Below are positions 23,721-35,822 of a DNA stretch of 64,000 nt, piece by piece. Within the stretch, counting starts at the first letter, position 1. Every line of letters starts with the position of its first letter. Under the pieces are notes generated by a model, which ran no database searches, was not told where the DNA came from, and saw only the letters and a program-made list of their open reading frames with translations. Origin of the DNA: Macrostomum lignano (taxonomy: Eukaryota); the NCBI GenBank assembly GCA_002269645.1, contig NIVC01001412.1:62001-126000 (forward strand), read 5' to 3'. The position numbers and the translations under genes are program-made.

Positions 23721-23798
23721 GGGTTGCATCCTCCGGCTTTTCGCTGCCTCGCCATCGCCACACTCGGTTTGTCTTTGTCTTTGCCTCCCCTTCACTAA
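23721..23798 (+). repeat. Split direct repeat B2
   Basis: Copy of B1, ending CACTAA. Confidence 0.92.
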
Positions 23799-26087
23799 CG
23801 CTGATTCCTATACCAAAACCGAAGTCGATAATTTAGTTGGAGGCGGAACTGCAAAACAGGATCAATTCCAAACCGTTGAAACCGGTCACGTACCAGCAAT
23901 GACAGATTGGAGTGGAAATGGTTTTGGAATCACCGCAAGCACATGTCACGTTATTGGCGTAGAGGCTATGACCCTTAGAAGGGCCGTTTTACGAGAGTTG
24001 TCGTAAGTCGTAGTCCCAAAATGAATCGAGTCAAGTCTTGAGAAGCGGATTGTGTAGCGGAGCACTTGGCGTACAAGGCAGGGAACTGCCGTAGTTGATT
24101 TATTGTTGAGATCAATATTCAAATTGGTTAATGTCAATATAGAACTTATTGCGCTTGGGACACTGGCGGCTGCAACAATGGTTTTGAATTGAAGGTGAGT
24201 TAGAAATTGCAGTCGAGTGGCAGGCGAGTGATGCAAGGCGATGCAACGTGGTGAGTAACGGCGATGAGCACAGAAGAGGCAGATGCGTAGTGGTGAGATT
24301 GGCGTTAGCCGTGGCAGACAGTGGCAGGCAGTGTAAACAGGCTGGCCCAGACAGAGGAGCCGTGGCGAGAGATAAGGGGGGCTCGAGGCAGCCCGAAACC
24401 AGACAGAAGGCAGGAGAAGGAGCGAAGGAGAGGAAGGAGAGGGGCCCGCCGCCAGGCGGGGGGGGGGTTAATAAAGAGCGCAAAAGGGGGGTAGCGTAAA
24501 CACGGAGAGCCTTCATTGGCTGGCGAGAGAACTTGAAATTATCGATCGTGCCAAAATTCACAGACGAGCGCAAGGCCTACCAAATACACAGTGAATTAGC
24601 AGTTGATACAGATTATTTGCACGCTACTATAAGTAAACGTTAAAATAAACTATTGGAGAAATTAAAATGAGAAATTGCAAGGGAAACTATAGTCCAACGG
24701 CCCTTTTGCGGGACCACTTAAACTAGCAACGTCACACACAGCATTTAATACAACCGATTTTGCAAGTTGGAAAGCGTTTGATGGTAATGATGCAACTGAT
24801 TGGGCGACCGCTAATACTCAAACCGATTATTGGATTTAAGTCCAATGTCCATCCGCTATAATTTGTTATAAAATTGATTTGCGTGGTAGACCATCACCCT
24901 CAACCGAGCACCCCGCGTCATGGCGATTCGAGGGGAGTAATGACAATACAAGTTTGGATGTCTTGATTCCGTCAGAGAATTCGGTGGTAATAAATAATTC
25001 AACTCAAACATTTAATGTCACACAAAATTTTGACAAAACCTATACATATTTCGGATTATTCTGTCTTACTTCAACATCAGGTGCCACCAACCCCGGTCTG
25101 TCAACCTTCCAGATTTATCGACAGACTTTTACAGTTATTGATTTGAATTTGGGTTTTGTTAATCAATCGTTGGATATGGGTGGTAATACAATCACTAATA
25201 TTTCAACCATAAACAATAAAAGTTCTGTTGTTACTAAAGGTTACGTAGATACTCGTGTAACACAAACGGCAGATGGCCGAATGTCTTTTAATGATAAAAT
25301 TAAATTGGATGGTATTCCCGCGATTAATGCCGCTTTGTACGAACCCGTAATTTGTAATTGGGCTGGGTATCAAAACCCATCCACAGCTGGCGATATTTTT
25401 CCAACGGGGTCTTTTGTTGGAGATGCTTTATATATTGATTATCAAAATAGAGCTAGAATTACTGATGAATCCGCGGGAGTCAGCGGAGCGTTACAATTTA
25501 ATTTTACCCATTTTCGTAATATTTCCATCTCCTTCTTTTTCCGAGTTGCTAATGCTGCGGGTGGTGGAGCCGGCGCTGATGCAGTTTGGTTTTATGCATA
25601 CTGTCACCAACGCCCAACAAGTGAATTTGGAACAGGTTTAACAACAAACGCTGGTTTGAAAGTATTTGCGAGTGAGTGGCATGACAGATTTGGTTTGGTT
25701 TGGAGTAATATAAAATCAGATGGAGCCACGGTACGTAATGATGTTCTTAATGACGCGGATCAAACACTAACCTACGCCAACATCGATAATGGCGATCGGC
25801 ATCTGTTCGAAATAAATATTCTTAATCAAAGGGTTTGGTATCGATTAAATTCATACAACGTTTCGGGTGATTCTTATACGCTAATTGGGCAGAACGTTTT
25901 TACGTATAATAGTGGAACATGGGGAGACCTAGATAAAACTAGAACTCTTATGGGATTTGGTGCTCGAACCGGAGGAGCGGATGCTGCACATTTTATTCGC
26001 GGCGCAGTCGTTTGTGGCAGTACTTCATTTGGTTATAATTTTCCTTCTACGGATTATTTAGAAAAACCACCTGTGCAAATAAGCTAA
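23799..26087 (+). pseudogene. Fiber-like gene 3' part: F5/8C discoidin-like domain plus L-type (legume) lectin-like domain, interrupted by a solo LTR
   Basis: WKAFDGNDATDW...WI*V...WRFEGSND (discoidin-like); GAGADAVWF, DGDRH and MGFGARTGG...HFIR (L-lectin-like). One stop at 24837. Confidence 0.75.
23944..24736. mobile_element. Solo LTR (793 bp)
   Basis: TGTCACGTT...AACGTCACA imperfect terminal IR, 4-bp TSD CACA (23940-23943 and 24737-24740), AATAAA near 24468. Removal restores the frame. Confidence 0.88.
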
Positions 26088-26425
26088 AACTAAAATATTT
26101 ATATATAAAATGGCTTTTAGCAGAACCCCATCGATAAGACTAAATAACAATACTGTCATTCCGATTCCAAAACAAGAACCGATTATAAAAACCTTCAAAT
26201 CTCATACCAGATTTTTATTTAGCAGTGTAAATGTTCAAGATAATAAGAAACTTCAAGAATTAATTAAACTATTAAAAAATCCACATTATACTTCATGAGT
26301 TTTGGAAGTTTTATTTAAATGGGAGAAAAAAGAAAGAATCACTCCAATACAATACTTATTGAGCTCGGGGCAGATTCCCAAAGAGCGCGGGGAATTCATT
26401 TTGGTGTTATTAAAAATAGACGAAA

Positions 26426-27054
26426 ATGTCGGTGTCTGATGCTGATAAAATTGAAAGAGACCTGTTTAACCAACGTAAAGGTCGCATGTTAAGTAACGTC
26501 GATCGTACCAGTATCAACTATGATTATGATTTGTATAGTAAAAAAGTAAGAAAGGTTTCAAACCATATAAGGAACATGGATTTTTTCAATATTGGATTTG
26601 GAAGCTTATCAATGCTATGTGTAATTGTTTTGGGTATACTACAGTCTGTTCCAACTCCTAATTTATCTCAAGTATTTTTAGGTATTTTAATTCGTTCAAT
26701 ATCTGGTTTTGAATTAATAAGAAACTGATCAATACTTTTGGCAATTAAATTATATCTTAAAAAAGAAAGGAAAAGTATAAATCATTAAGAAACGTTGCCA
26801 AACAATATAAAAATCAGTTATATTTATATGTGCAAAAAACTCTAGATGATGGAGAGATAACAATTCATGAGTTATCAACGGCGGTTGAATTATATGAAAA
26901 ATATTTAAAAGATAGAAATCGAATTTTGGACGCTGAAGCTTTTACCGATATGGAATTGAAGGAATTGAGACTCGAAACTCCCAAAGCTCCGCCGTTAGAA
27001 ACGTTAGAATACAAGCCTGAAACTCTGGCAGTGGGTGCCCAAAGCCCGCGGTAA
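26426..27054 (+). pseudogene. Polinton transmembrane/coiled-coil protein (GasderminX-like), frameshifted
   Basis: Basic helix, hydrophobic hairpin FFNIGFGSLSMLCVIVLGIL, and KTLDDGEITIHE matching AIEDKFISEDEF in Polinton 2. Confidence 0.6.
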
Positions 27055-27348
27055 GGTAGCACGGTGGAGCTTCATGTTGTGTAACTTATTTAATGCATAC
27101 GTTGTATATTCTTCCCAAAGTGGTAACTCTCTTGTAATTCTAGGTTTAAATTTTTTATCAATACATAAAAATTCCAATGACTTTTTCAATAACATTTCGT
27201 TAGGTATGTTGCCTATCCTTATAAACTTTGTATTCTCTCGCATGAGAAAATTAAAATAATATCCAACTAAAATGAAAATCCTTTCAGCGTCTTTCGAACT
27301 AAATCCCTTGCCTTTATTTAAATGGAAAAGTTATTATATAAATAAACA

Positions 27349-27624
27349 TTATTTCCGGGGATAGCACCAACAACTGTGCCGTTTGGTAACACAAGATTTG
27401 GATGGGAAATATCCTTTGTAAGATTCTTTAAAATCGTGTTTTTGAAATAGTAATGTGAGTTCCCATCCAAATCTTCCAAATCTTCCATCCAAATCTATCT
27501 TTTTTGTTTTTTCAAATTGATATATCTTAGAACATGAATAACACATATGATATATATCTCCGTTTCCTGTTTGACCTCTATGCATAATCACATTACATTT
27601 ATTACATTCATAAATGTCTTTCAT
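27349..27624 (-). CDS. Small Cys-rich hypothetical protein
   Basis: CNKC...CYSC zinc-ribbon-like spacing. Confidence 0.35.
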   Translation of the reverse strand: MKDIYECNKCNVIMHRGQTGNGDIYHMCYSCSKIYQFEKTKKIDLDGRFGRFGWELTLLFQKHDFKESYKGYFPSKSCVTKRHSCWCYPRK

Positions 27625-27648
27625 TTTTTATTGTTTTTTAGATTAAAA

Positions 27649-27978
27649 ATGGTTAGCTGGTTCAAAACCGATTCTAATATCATTAATTTTCTCACACCCA
27701 ATTCTCTGGAGCATAAAGAGTATGATATTATATGTTTGCGACAAGTTAAATTTATTGGAATTCAATCAATATTTTTACAATTGGATGGGAACACAGTCCT
27801 ATGTCTAAGCGGCAATGATGTTAAAAATTTTCCAGTTTTAGTTATTAACAAACCAAAAGCTTTTATTATTAAATACAGTCTGGATGGTGGGCTGCAATTT
27901 AAACTAAAACAAACAAAAAATAAAAAGAGTGACAGGACTGTAAAATTAGCTTCTGTTTGGGAGGACGACGAAGACTAA
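27649..27978 (+). CDS. Hypothetical Polinton protein (109 aa)
   Basis: TAAAAATG start and acidic C-terminus; no recognised motif. Confidence 0.45.
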   Translation: MVSWFKTDSNIINFLTPNSLEHKEYDIICLRQVKFIGIQSIFLQLDGNTVLCLSGNDVKNFPVLVINKPKAFIIKYSLDGGLQFKLKQTKNKKSDRTVKLASVWEDDED

Positions 27979-28316
27979 CTTTTTTATAAGAAAATGGAGA
28001 CACTAAAAATATACGTTTCGAAGGAATGCGAACTTAATGATATTGATAAAAATTAAATATAATTATCAATCTGAAATATAGTGATTATGGTGACGATATT
28101 TTTCCAATTCGATATGACTTAGAAAAAAGAAAGCGTTTTATTAAAAGTGCAATTGCTTATGCTGAAACAGTAATTGAAATTGAAATCGATCGACTTGTTA
28201 GGAGAATAAAACTGCTTAGGAAAAAAATACAAGAATCTTTGTCTTACCCAGCTGACTGTGAAGAAAATTGGTGCTCAATAAAATATGAAATGGAAATGGA
28301 TATTATGCTTAAACAA

Positions 28317-30328
28317 TTACATGCTTTGGTTTTTTATAAGTGCTAGTTCATCAATATCGAACTCAAAACAATTATAGTCAACGTCAAAAAGTAAACTGTT
28401 ATAATATTCAATTGAGTGTTCATGCTGTGGTTTGTCATCAAAATAGTTTTTAAAGAATGGTTTCATAACGCCGTTTTTATCCGGTTTTTCTCTTTTGTAT
28501 GTGTTAATGGTGGATGTATATGTTTTTGATATGGTTGAGTTATCTGCTTGAGGGATTGTTATACCACCTTCAAACGATCGTTTCCACGGAGCATTATTAT
28601 TTACTTTTATTGATTGTCCATCATACAAAGTTTTAAACGATGCAAAATTAATCTTATCATTTGCACATCCTTTAAATGTTTTTTTCTCTTTCATAATGAA
28701 ATCGTCTTTCAACAAAAGACAATATTTAATTTTAGGAGCGATAAAATATCCAAATATAATTCCGCCCTCTCCATAACCGTTTTTTCCTTGACTTAAATTA
28801 TTTCCGACATGCCCGTTTTTATTTAATGTATTCCAATGTTTTTTTTTATGTATATATAACGAATCCGTATCGCCGTAATAAATTTCTGGAGTCTTTGAGC
28901 CGTCTATAGACGTGATAAAATTTTTCATGATCCTTCTTGAATGAGCTAAAATAAATATCCCTAATTGCGCCGGACAAAGACCTGTTGTAGGATTATCGTC
29001 GTCTTCTACATATTCTTGTGTATCTTTCTTTTTTTCTACATAAAATAAGTCGTCACATATTTTATCATTAGACTTGATCGTGTCGTCGTATTCTTTTTTT
29101 AATGTTTGCAAATTCCAGAGATGAGTTGTGAAAATAATGTCTCTTTGTACCGTTTTACCATATAAGGAATTTAACAATGTTTTTACCAATTCAGAACCCG
29201 CCTCGTTATTTGCTTTTTTAAATACTTTTCTCATTTCAAAAAGGTTTGTAATATAAGTTTGAAACGGAGAGAAATCGAAATTTTTTTCATATACAATTCC
29301 GCTATATATCTTTAATATTTTCCCACCCATTCTTACAATTTCTTGTATGTCTACGGAACATAAGGTGTCGATTAACTTTCCGTTTCTAAGCCTATTTAAT
29401 GTTTTTGTTTCATTTGCTTTTGTTTCCGGATTATAAAATTTCTCTTTATCTTTAGATGGGAGATGTTGAAGAAAAACGCTGGTAGGATTCTCGTACATAA
29501 TCTTTAAAACCGCTGTTTTTGGTCTAAAAGTTTGTGAATTAAATTGTGTCAAAAAATCTTTTTCCTCGCTTATATAAAAAACTCTGCCTGTTTCTACTCT
29601 TGGATATTCGCTATCCTTATTAGACATGGCGGATGGGTACAATGAGACTCCATCAAAATTCATCAAGCAATCTGACACAGTACCCAATTGGTTTTTTAGT
29701 TTAATTGCGATTTTCTTTTTTTCTTCGATATCACATTTGAGATAGGTTGATATAACCTCGCATGCGTCGCTTGTTGGTGTTTTTAAATGATCTTTTACGA
29801 TGTCTACGATTATTTGAAAACAGTCGCTTTCGTATTTATTTATTAGTGCAAATACTCTGCCTCCTTTGACCGCGTCCCTCATAAACCTTCTTATACTCGT
29901 ATAAGGGTTGGTATGAGAGTGAACTGAAAATTCTTTTCTTAATAGTGTTTGGTATTTCATTTTTCAAGTTTGCTCAAGTCAAAATAATCTTCGATTTTCA
30001 ACGGAGATATTATTTCTTCAACTTTTTTAACGTAATTGGTTTTTTCTTTTGTCTTTAGGTATTGTTTCATTTTGTCTTCAACTCTAACAAAATCTTTAAA
30101 CCAACATTTTAATGTTAAACTCGAACATGTAAGAGTATCAAACATTGTCATTCCTCCAATTTCATATGCTATTTCGTTATACTTATGAATACAGGCGCAT
30201 AAAGAAATAATATCAAATTGTAAATATTCATACCATTCATCCATGCGCTCTAGGTAGTCGTGTTCGGTAATGTCATGAACCATTGAGGTTGTAGTGAAAC
30301 TACAACTTAACTTAGATTTGAATTGCAA
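28317..30328 (-). pseudogene. polB: Protein-primed family B DNA polymerase of Polinton 1 (N-terminus missing)
   Basis: FDGVSLYPSAM, KTLLNSLYGK, YYGDTDSLY and LQFDIISL. Frameshift near 29960; truncated at the Gypsy insertion. Confidence 0.93.
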
Positions 30329-30702
30329 TATATTTTATGAGTTAAAGGCGAGAAGGCTTGGGCGAGAAACTTAACTGCGAGAAAGAACTGTAAAAGGAAA
30401 TTAGTCTATGGTAATTTATGACAAACTGAGTTGCAAATAAAAAGTACAACAAAATACCCATACGACTCCCCCCTCCAATTGCAGAGCACGGGGAAAAGAG
30501 ACTGTAACTGGTTCGGTTATAAAATATAAAATATTTTATAAAATTTATAAAATATAAATTATAAACTGGTGGAATGGCTTAAATTATTGAAACGAAGCGG
30601 CTATACAGTTGAAATACGAGCTAAATTTTATATGAGGGGTTGAACATTGAGAAATATTGAGAACATTGGAACAGCAGTCAGTAGACTTTATACATTACAC
30701 GG

Positions 30703-33700
30703 TTAATAATAAATGTAATCATTATGGCGTCGGAATTGGACTCGGCGGCCGCTAGAGGTCGCTCTAGGAGGTGATGAGTCCCTCGGTTCTTCTGGTTTGG
30801 CGGCTTTTTCCGGCAGCGATTTCGCGGCCGGCTGAACAGCCGACTTCGGAAGCGAAAGTCGCGCCGGCTTGAGGCGATCGATAGAGACAGATTCGGTGTT
30901 GCCTGACGGTAGGAAAATAACGAAGAACTTGTCAGTTCGCTGTTTCACGCGATACGGCCCTGAGTACGGCGCCTCGAGCGGCGACCGCACGCGATCGACC
31001 CGAACCCAGACGAATTCAGCCATTTCCAGGTCCTTGGGTACGTAGCTCCGTGGTTCGTGCGTCTTCGCGTGTGGACTCGGTAACTCTGTCAGCAGTTCCT
31101 GCAGCCGTGTCCGAATGTCCGTTGGGGCGAGTGGTTCAGAAGTTAGGATGCGCGGAACCATCGGAAGCTCGCCGGTAACCCTGGTGAACGGTGATATTCC
31201 TTGGTCGTCAGGTGCGACGTGCATCGCGAGAAGAGCCACAGGTAGGTCTGTCAGCCAGTCATTGCCTCGAGCACGTAGCATCGTCTTCAGGGTGCGATGG
31301 GCTCGCTCGACCTTGCTATTGGTTTGAGGGTGGTAGGCCGTTGTGCGTAATCGATGAAAACCAATTGATGACGAGACCGAGTGAAAGAATTCTGATTCGA
31401 ACTGGCGCCCCCGATCAGTGATTACATACAGTGGCACTCCGTAGCGCGAGACCCAATACGATACGAATGCATGGGCGACTACTTCCGCGGTTATTGATTC
31501 CAGTGGTGTAGCTTCTAGCCAGCCAGTCGAGCGGTCGACCATCGTGAGAAGGTAGCGGGCAGACTGGTGGCCAAAGGTGGTAGCATTAGCTGGTGGAAGT
31601 GGTCCCACAATATCGATGTGTACCGCCTCAAAGCGATTTGATGGTAATGCGAAGGCCTGTTGCGGAGAGACAGTGTGGCGAGTGACTTTACTCCGTTGGC
31701 AGTCCTGGCAGTTCCAGCAGTAGGTCTTGATGGACTTGCGCATTCCGGGCCAAAAGTAACGTTCTGTGATGAGTTTTGCTGTTTTACGGTAGCCGAAATG
31801 ACCAAGTCGATGGAAGGAGGCAATTACGGCGTCGCGGAGAGACGGCGGAATGATCGGGCGAGGATACGGCGTTGACGTCTCACACCAAACGACGACGTCT
31901 TTGTCCAGAGAATACGATCGAATATTTGGTGCAGGTGAGAACGACTCCGGTCGTTGTGCTTCAGCGATACTGGGCAGATCAACAGGGAATTGGCTTGATG
32001 GGGCAGCGACTACAGCGACTGTTGCGATGTTGGACACGTGATCATTCACTGGGAAGTCAGGCAGTCGAGAAAGGGCATCAGCTATTACGTTGTCTGCACC
32101 GCGAATGTACTGGACATCTGCCACGTACTCGGACAAGACGGTCAAGTAGCGCTGATTGCGATCTGACGTAGTGGTGCGATTGGCGTGGAAGGCCTGAGCT
32201 AGTGGTTTATGATCGGTGAACAAGGTCACGCTCAGTCCTTCAATGAGGTTGCGGAAGTGCAACACTGCCAGGTACGCCGCGAGTAGTTCTCGGTCGAACG
32301 TGCTGTACATCCTTTGAGATGATGACAACTTCTTGCTGAACATGCCAAGAGGTGACGTTCCGGTTGAAGAGGTTTGATGCAGAACGGCACCAACACAGTC
32401 GGCTGAGGCATCAGTGTACAGGTGGTACGCAGTACAGTTGGGGTCCGGATGATGCAGCAGTAGTCTCTCTGAGAGAGCGTGTTTGATGTTTTCGAAAGAT
32501 TTCTGATGCTGCTCTGTCCATTGGAAGTTTCCTGCTGACTGTAGTGATGCAGTGAGTAGGTCTTGCAGCGGACAGATGCGGTCGGCAAAGTTGGGAACGA
32601 ATTGACGGTAGAAACCGACGACACCGAGGAAGCGCCGAAGTGCGTTCGAATCCGTGGGTGTCGGCCAGTCAGTGATTATTTGGATCTTCTTCTGGAGAGG
32701 TTTTATTCCTTCAGGAATCACGCGATGGCCAAGGGAATCTACCTCGGACTGAAAGAATTCGCACTTCTTCAAATGAACCTGTAGGCCGTGTGTTCTTAGG
32801 CGATCCAAAACTTGTTCCAAATGCGAGTAGTGGTCCTCGGGGCCGTAGCCCAGCGGTAGCGCAGCTGCTCTGGTGTGCCAGCGACCCAGGCTCGATTCCA
32901 AGTGCAGTCACATTAATTTCGGGCTGAATTGGAATCTCGGCTTGGCTCTGCTCGTGCAATTAACGGCCTTGAGAGCCAACCCCCCAAGGCGCAGTGAAGT
33001 GTACATGCCTAACGATAATATAAAATTAGGGCCGCTGTACACTCCTGTGTGAGTGTGTGCCTGCGTACGTATCCGCGCGCTTGTATGCCTGCTCAGGGGA
33101 GTCGGCGGAATGGGCAGTAATGCCTCTCGCCGGTTGTGTGCCTATGTCGCTTAAAGTGCGCCAGGGTGCACACAACCCCCCTGCCTCTAATAAAAAAAAT
33201 AAAGAGTAGTGGTCCTCACGAGTCTTTGAGAATATCAGGACATCATCGATGTAAGAGATGATGAATGACAGTCCGTGAAAAACAGATTCGATGAAGCGTT
33301 GAAATGTTTGTGCTGCATTCCTCAGGCCGAAGGGCATGCGTGTGTATTCGAACAATCCAAACGGTGTGGTGATAGCGGTTTTGCAAATATCCTCTTCGGC
33401 GACTGAAATTTGATGAAAAGCGCGAACAAGGTCTAACTTTGAAAACACAGTGCTTCCGTGTAGGTACCGAGTGAAGGTTTGAATGTGTGGAACCGGATAG
33501 TTCTCCGGCTTTGTTCGTTTGTTCAATTCGCGATAGTCACCGCACGGACGCCAGCCAGCTCCCTTGGGTGCCATGTGGAGGGGTGACGCCCAAGCGCTTG
33601 AGGATGGTCTGAGGTAGCCAGCATCGATTAGCTGCCGAAACTCCTGCTTTGCAGCCTGTAGTTTTGCAGGGTGCAGTTGCCGGGGTCGCAAGTGAACCGG

Positions 33701-34165
33701 TTGTCCACTACCAGTGTCATGCTTGACCTCTGAAGCTGGCGGAAGGGCTCCGCCTTCAACGAAAGAAAAACATTCTGCAAACTTTGTCAACAGCGTACTC
33801 GTCCGAGAATCCAGGTTGGGTGGCAGTTCTACCGACACATTGAATGGGCTACAATGAACATTTGAAATTGACAAGGTAACAGTAGACAGTCCTGTTTCTG
33901 AGTCTAGAACGTGTTTGCGCTGACAATCGACAACTAACCCATGGTGAGCCAAGAAATCGTAACCAATGATGGATTTCACCACTGACGCCACGAGGAAGGT
34001 CCATTGGAAGGCGCGACGCAAACCGCGGATTGAGACATCCAGTAGGGCCGACCCGTGAACTGGTATGGCGGCTCCGGTAGCAGTAATTAAACGAACGTTT
34101 GTATCTTGAACGAGTGCGTTAACGAGGTGAGGTGGAACAATGGAAACCGAGGCTCCGGTATCCAC
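30703..34165 (-). pseudogene. pol: pol of the CsRn1-like element, split by a SINE
   Basis: PR-RT in 33026-34165 and RT-RH-IN in 30703-32901; EDHYS is duplicated by the SINE TSD. Confidence 0.92.
32839..33203 (+). mobile_element. tRNA-derived SINE (365 bp)
   Basis: A box TAGCCCAGCGG, B-box-like GGCTCGATTCC, A-rich tail, 14-bp TSD GAGTAGTGGTCCTC (32825-32838 and 33204-33217). Confidence 0.9.
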
Positions 34166-34537
34166 AAGAAACTTGCTGTAGGTTTGTTGATTTTAACATC
34201 TAACTCCAAACAGGTGGGCGATGGTATCTCGGCACTGCGCACCGCGATCTCGGTCGCAGTGCGATTTAGTTTTCCGGCTGTGGAGAAGGTGATGATGAAC
34301 GCGACTGAGATGGCGTTTTTTATTGGGATGCAGCACTCGGATCGGACGCGAGCTGTCCTTGGGAAACTGGCAACAGGGGCGACACGACCGAGCACGGCGG
34401 CCATAGTAGAGGTGTGAGCGGCAAACGACGGGGCGTTGGCCAGGCTTAAATGGGCCTGTTCCAGTGGGCTTACCAGGTGCTTGTCGGTGTGGAGCTTGCT
34501 CAAAGCGCTGTTGGGGTGTCCGATCTGCACCGGCCTG

Positions 34538-35050
34538 CTAAATTGGGCAAACTGTCGCTGGCGATGGAGAGCTAAGGCCTCTGACGACCAACATCGAGTC
34601 AGCAATCTCGGAAATTTGCTGGGATGACTGCTGTTGGAATCCCGACAGTGCGATACGAAGGTCCTGTGGAAGACAGCGCATCAGAGTGGCCTTGAGAAGT
34701 TCCTCGTCGGGCTGTATCTGGCACTGCTCCATCTTGCTCCGGAGTTTGCGCATGAAGATTGATGGCTTGTCTCCTCCGAGGTCCGAGACTTGCAATACTT
34801 CCGAAACCTTCTCCTGCTTGGACTTTTGCAGAGTCGATGTAATCGCTGTTTTCAGTTGTTCGTACTGTTTTGGAGTCTGAGCGGACAAGTGCAGAGCCGC
34901 GATATCCTCCGGTAGATGAGAGACTAGGTGGTAAAATTTGGCGGTCTCGTTGGTCGCCCTGTTGAGCATAAACTGGGCCTCCAGCGTGAGGAACCATGCT
35001 TCCGGGTTGTTGCGATAGAAGATTGGCAGCTTCAGGTGGGTTACTCTTTT
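34538..35050 (-). pseudogene. gag: gag of the CsRn1-like element (5' truncated)
   Basis: KLPIFYRNNPEAWF, KFYHLVSHLP, YEQLK and LGGDKPSIFM. Confidence 0.85.
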
Positions 35051-35822
35051 TTGTATAGAAAATAAAGAAGACGCAAACACAAAAGATTCTCTATCCAAAA
35101 ATGAACCTAATGGTTCGTGGGCTGCGCCCGATGGAACAAATGGCCTGCCCCGCTGGAGCAAATACACGCTTTTTATTCTCTGTCCTCGGTGCATTGTCTA
35201 AAACAGCACATGAATTTTTCTCATAGCTTAGAAAAAATCATGTATACACTAAAAGAGTTTGGAGCACACACACATGAACTTTTCTAAGCTATGAAAAAAA
35301 TTCATGTATACACTAAAAAGATTGTCAGTTTAATAGTTATTTACTGTTCCTTTTCTATGACTCAGTTTGGGTCAGACTGTGTAAAACGAAAAATTATATG
35401 GGTTTTTCCCATATTATCGTTTCCTTCTGCCAACAGTTCAGGAAGACAACGAACAATGGACCTTCTCTGTGTGATCTCTAGAGTCACATTCTCAAACTTC
35501 AGGCGAGGATCTTTCCTCTTCAATAAGTATATTTTATAAGCTAGCACACTGTACGCGAGCAACGAGGAATAGGAGCAGTAGGGGGAGAGAGTGGGATTTC
35601 GAGGCCCAATAGGCAGTGTCGGTCAGAGGTTGTGCATGCATCACGCGAGGGTCGCATGGCTGGGCTTCTTGCTCGCCGATCATCAGGACTATTTTTAGGC
35701 ATGCAGATCTTGTGCATCTGGGGAGTTGCTGCCAAGGCTGGATGCTTGTTCACGCATCACGCGCATGTCGGCTGATTTCTCCCATCCTCTTGCTAACGGC
35801 GCCTTCGTTTCACTTCATGTGC

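Larger units (their letters stand above)
19315..23798 (+). mobile_element. Ngaro-type (DIRS order) tyrosine-recombinase retrotransposon
   Basis: Split direct repeats A1-ORFs-B1-A2-B2; gag-like, RT/RH and YR ORFs; no TSD; removal restores the host frame. Confidence 0.93.
30338..35050 (-). mobile_element. CsRn1-like Ty3/Gypsy element lacking its 5' LTR (boundaries approximate)
   Basis: gag LKLPIFYRNNPEAWF..LEAQF, PR DTGAS, RT WASPLHM and YIDD, RH, IN. PPT GGAGGGGGGAG near 30466-30476; putative short 3' LTR 30338-30462. Confidence 0.85.

Noticed and set aside
24031-24044. 14-bp match TAGTCCCAAAATGA between the solo LTR and the Polinton 2 repeat unit
   Set aside because: A 14-mer match is expected by chance within 64 kb, and there is no flanking similarity.
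32839-32905. Possible tRNA gene
   Set aside because: No full cloverleaf; it is followed by a SINE body and tail and bounded by a TSD.
35050-35560. 5' LTR of the CsRn1-like element
   Set aside because: No similarity to the putative 3' LTR (30338-30462), and no PBS was found.
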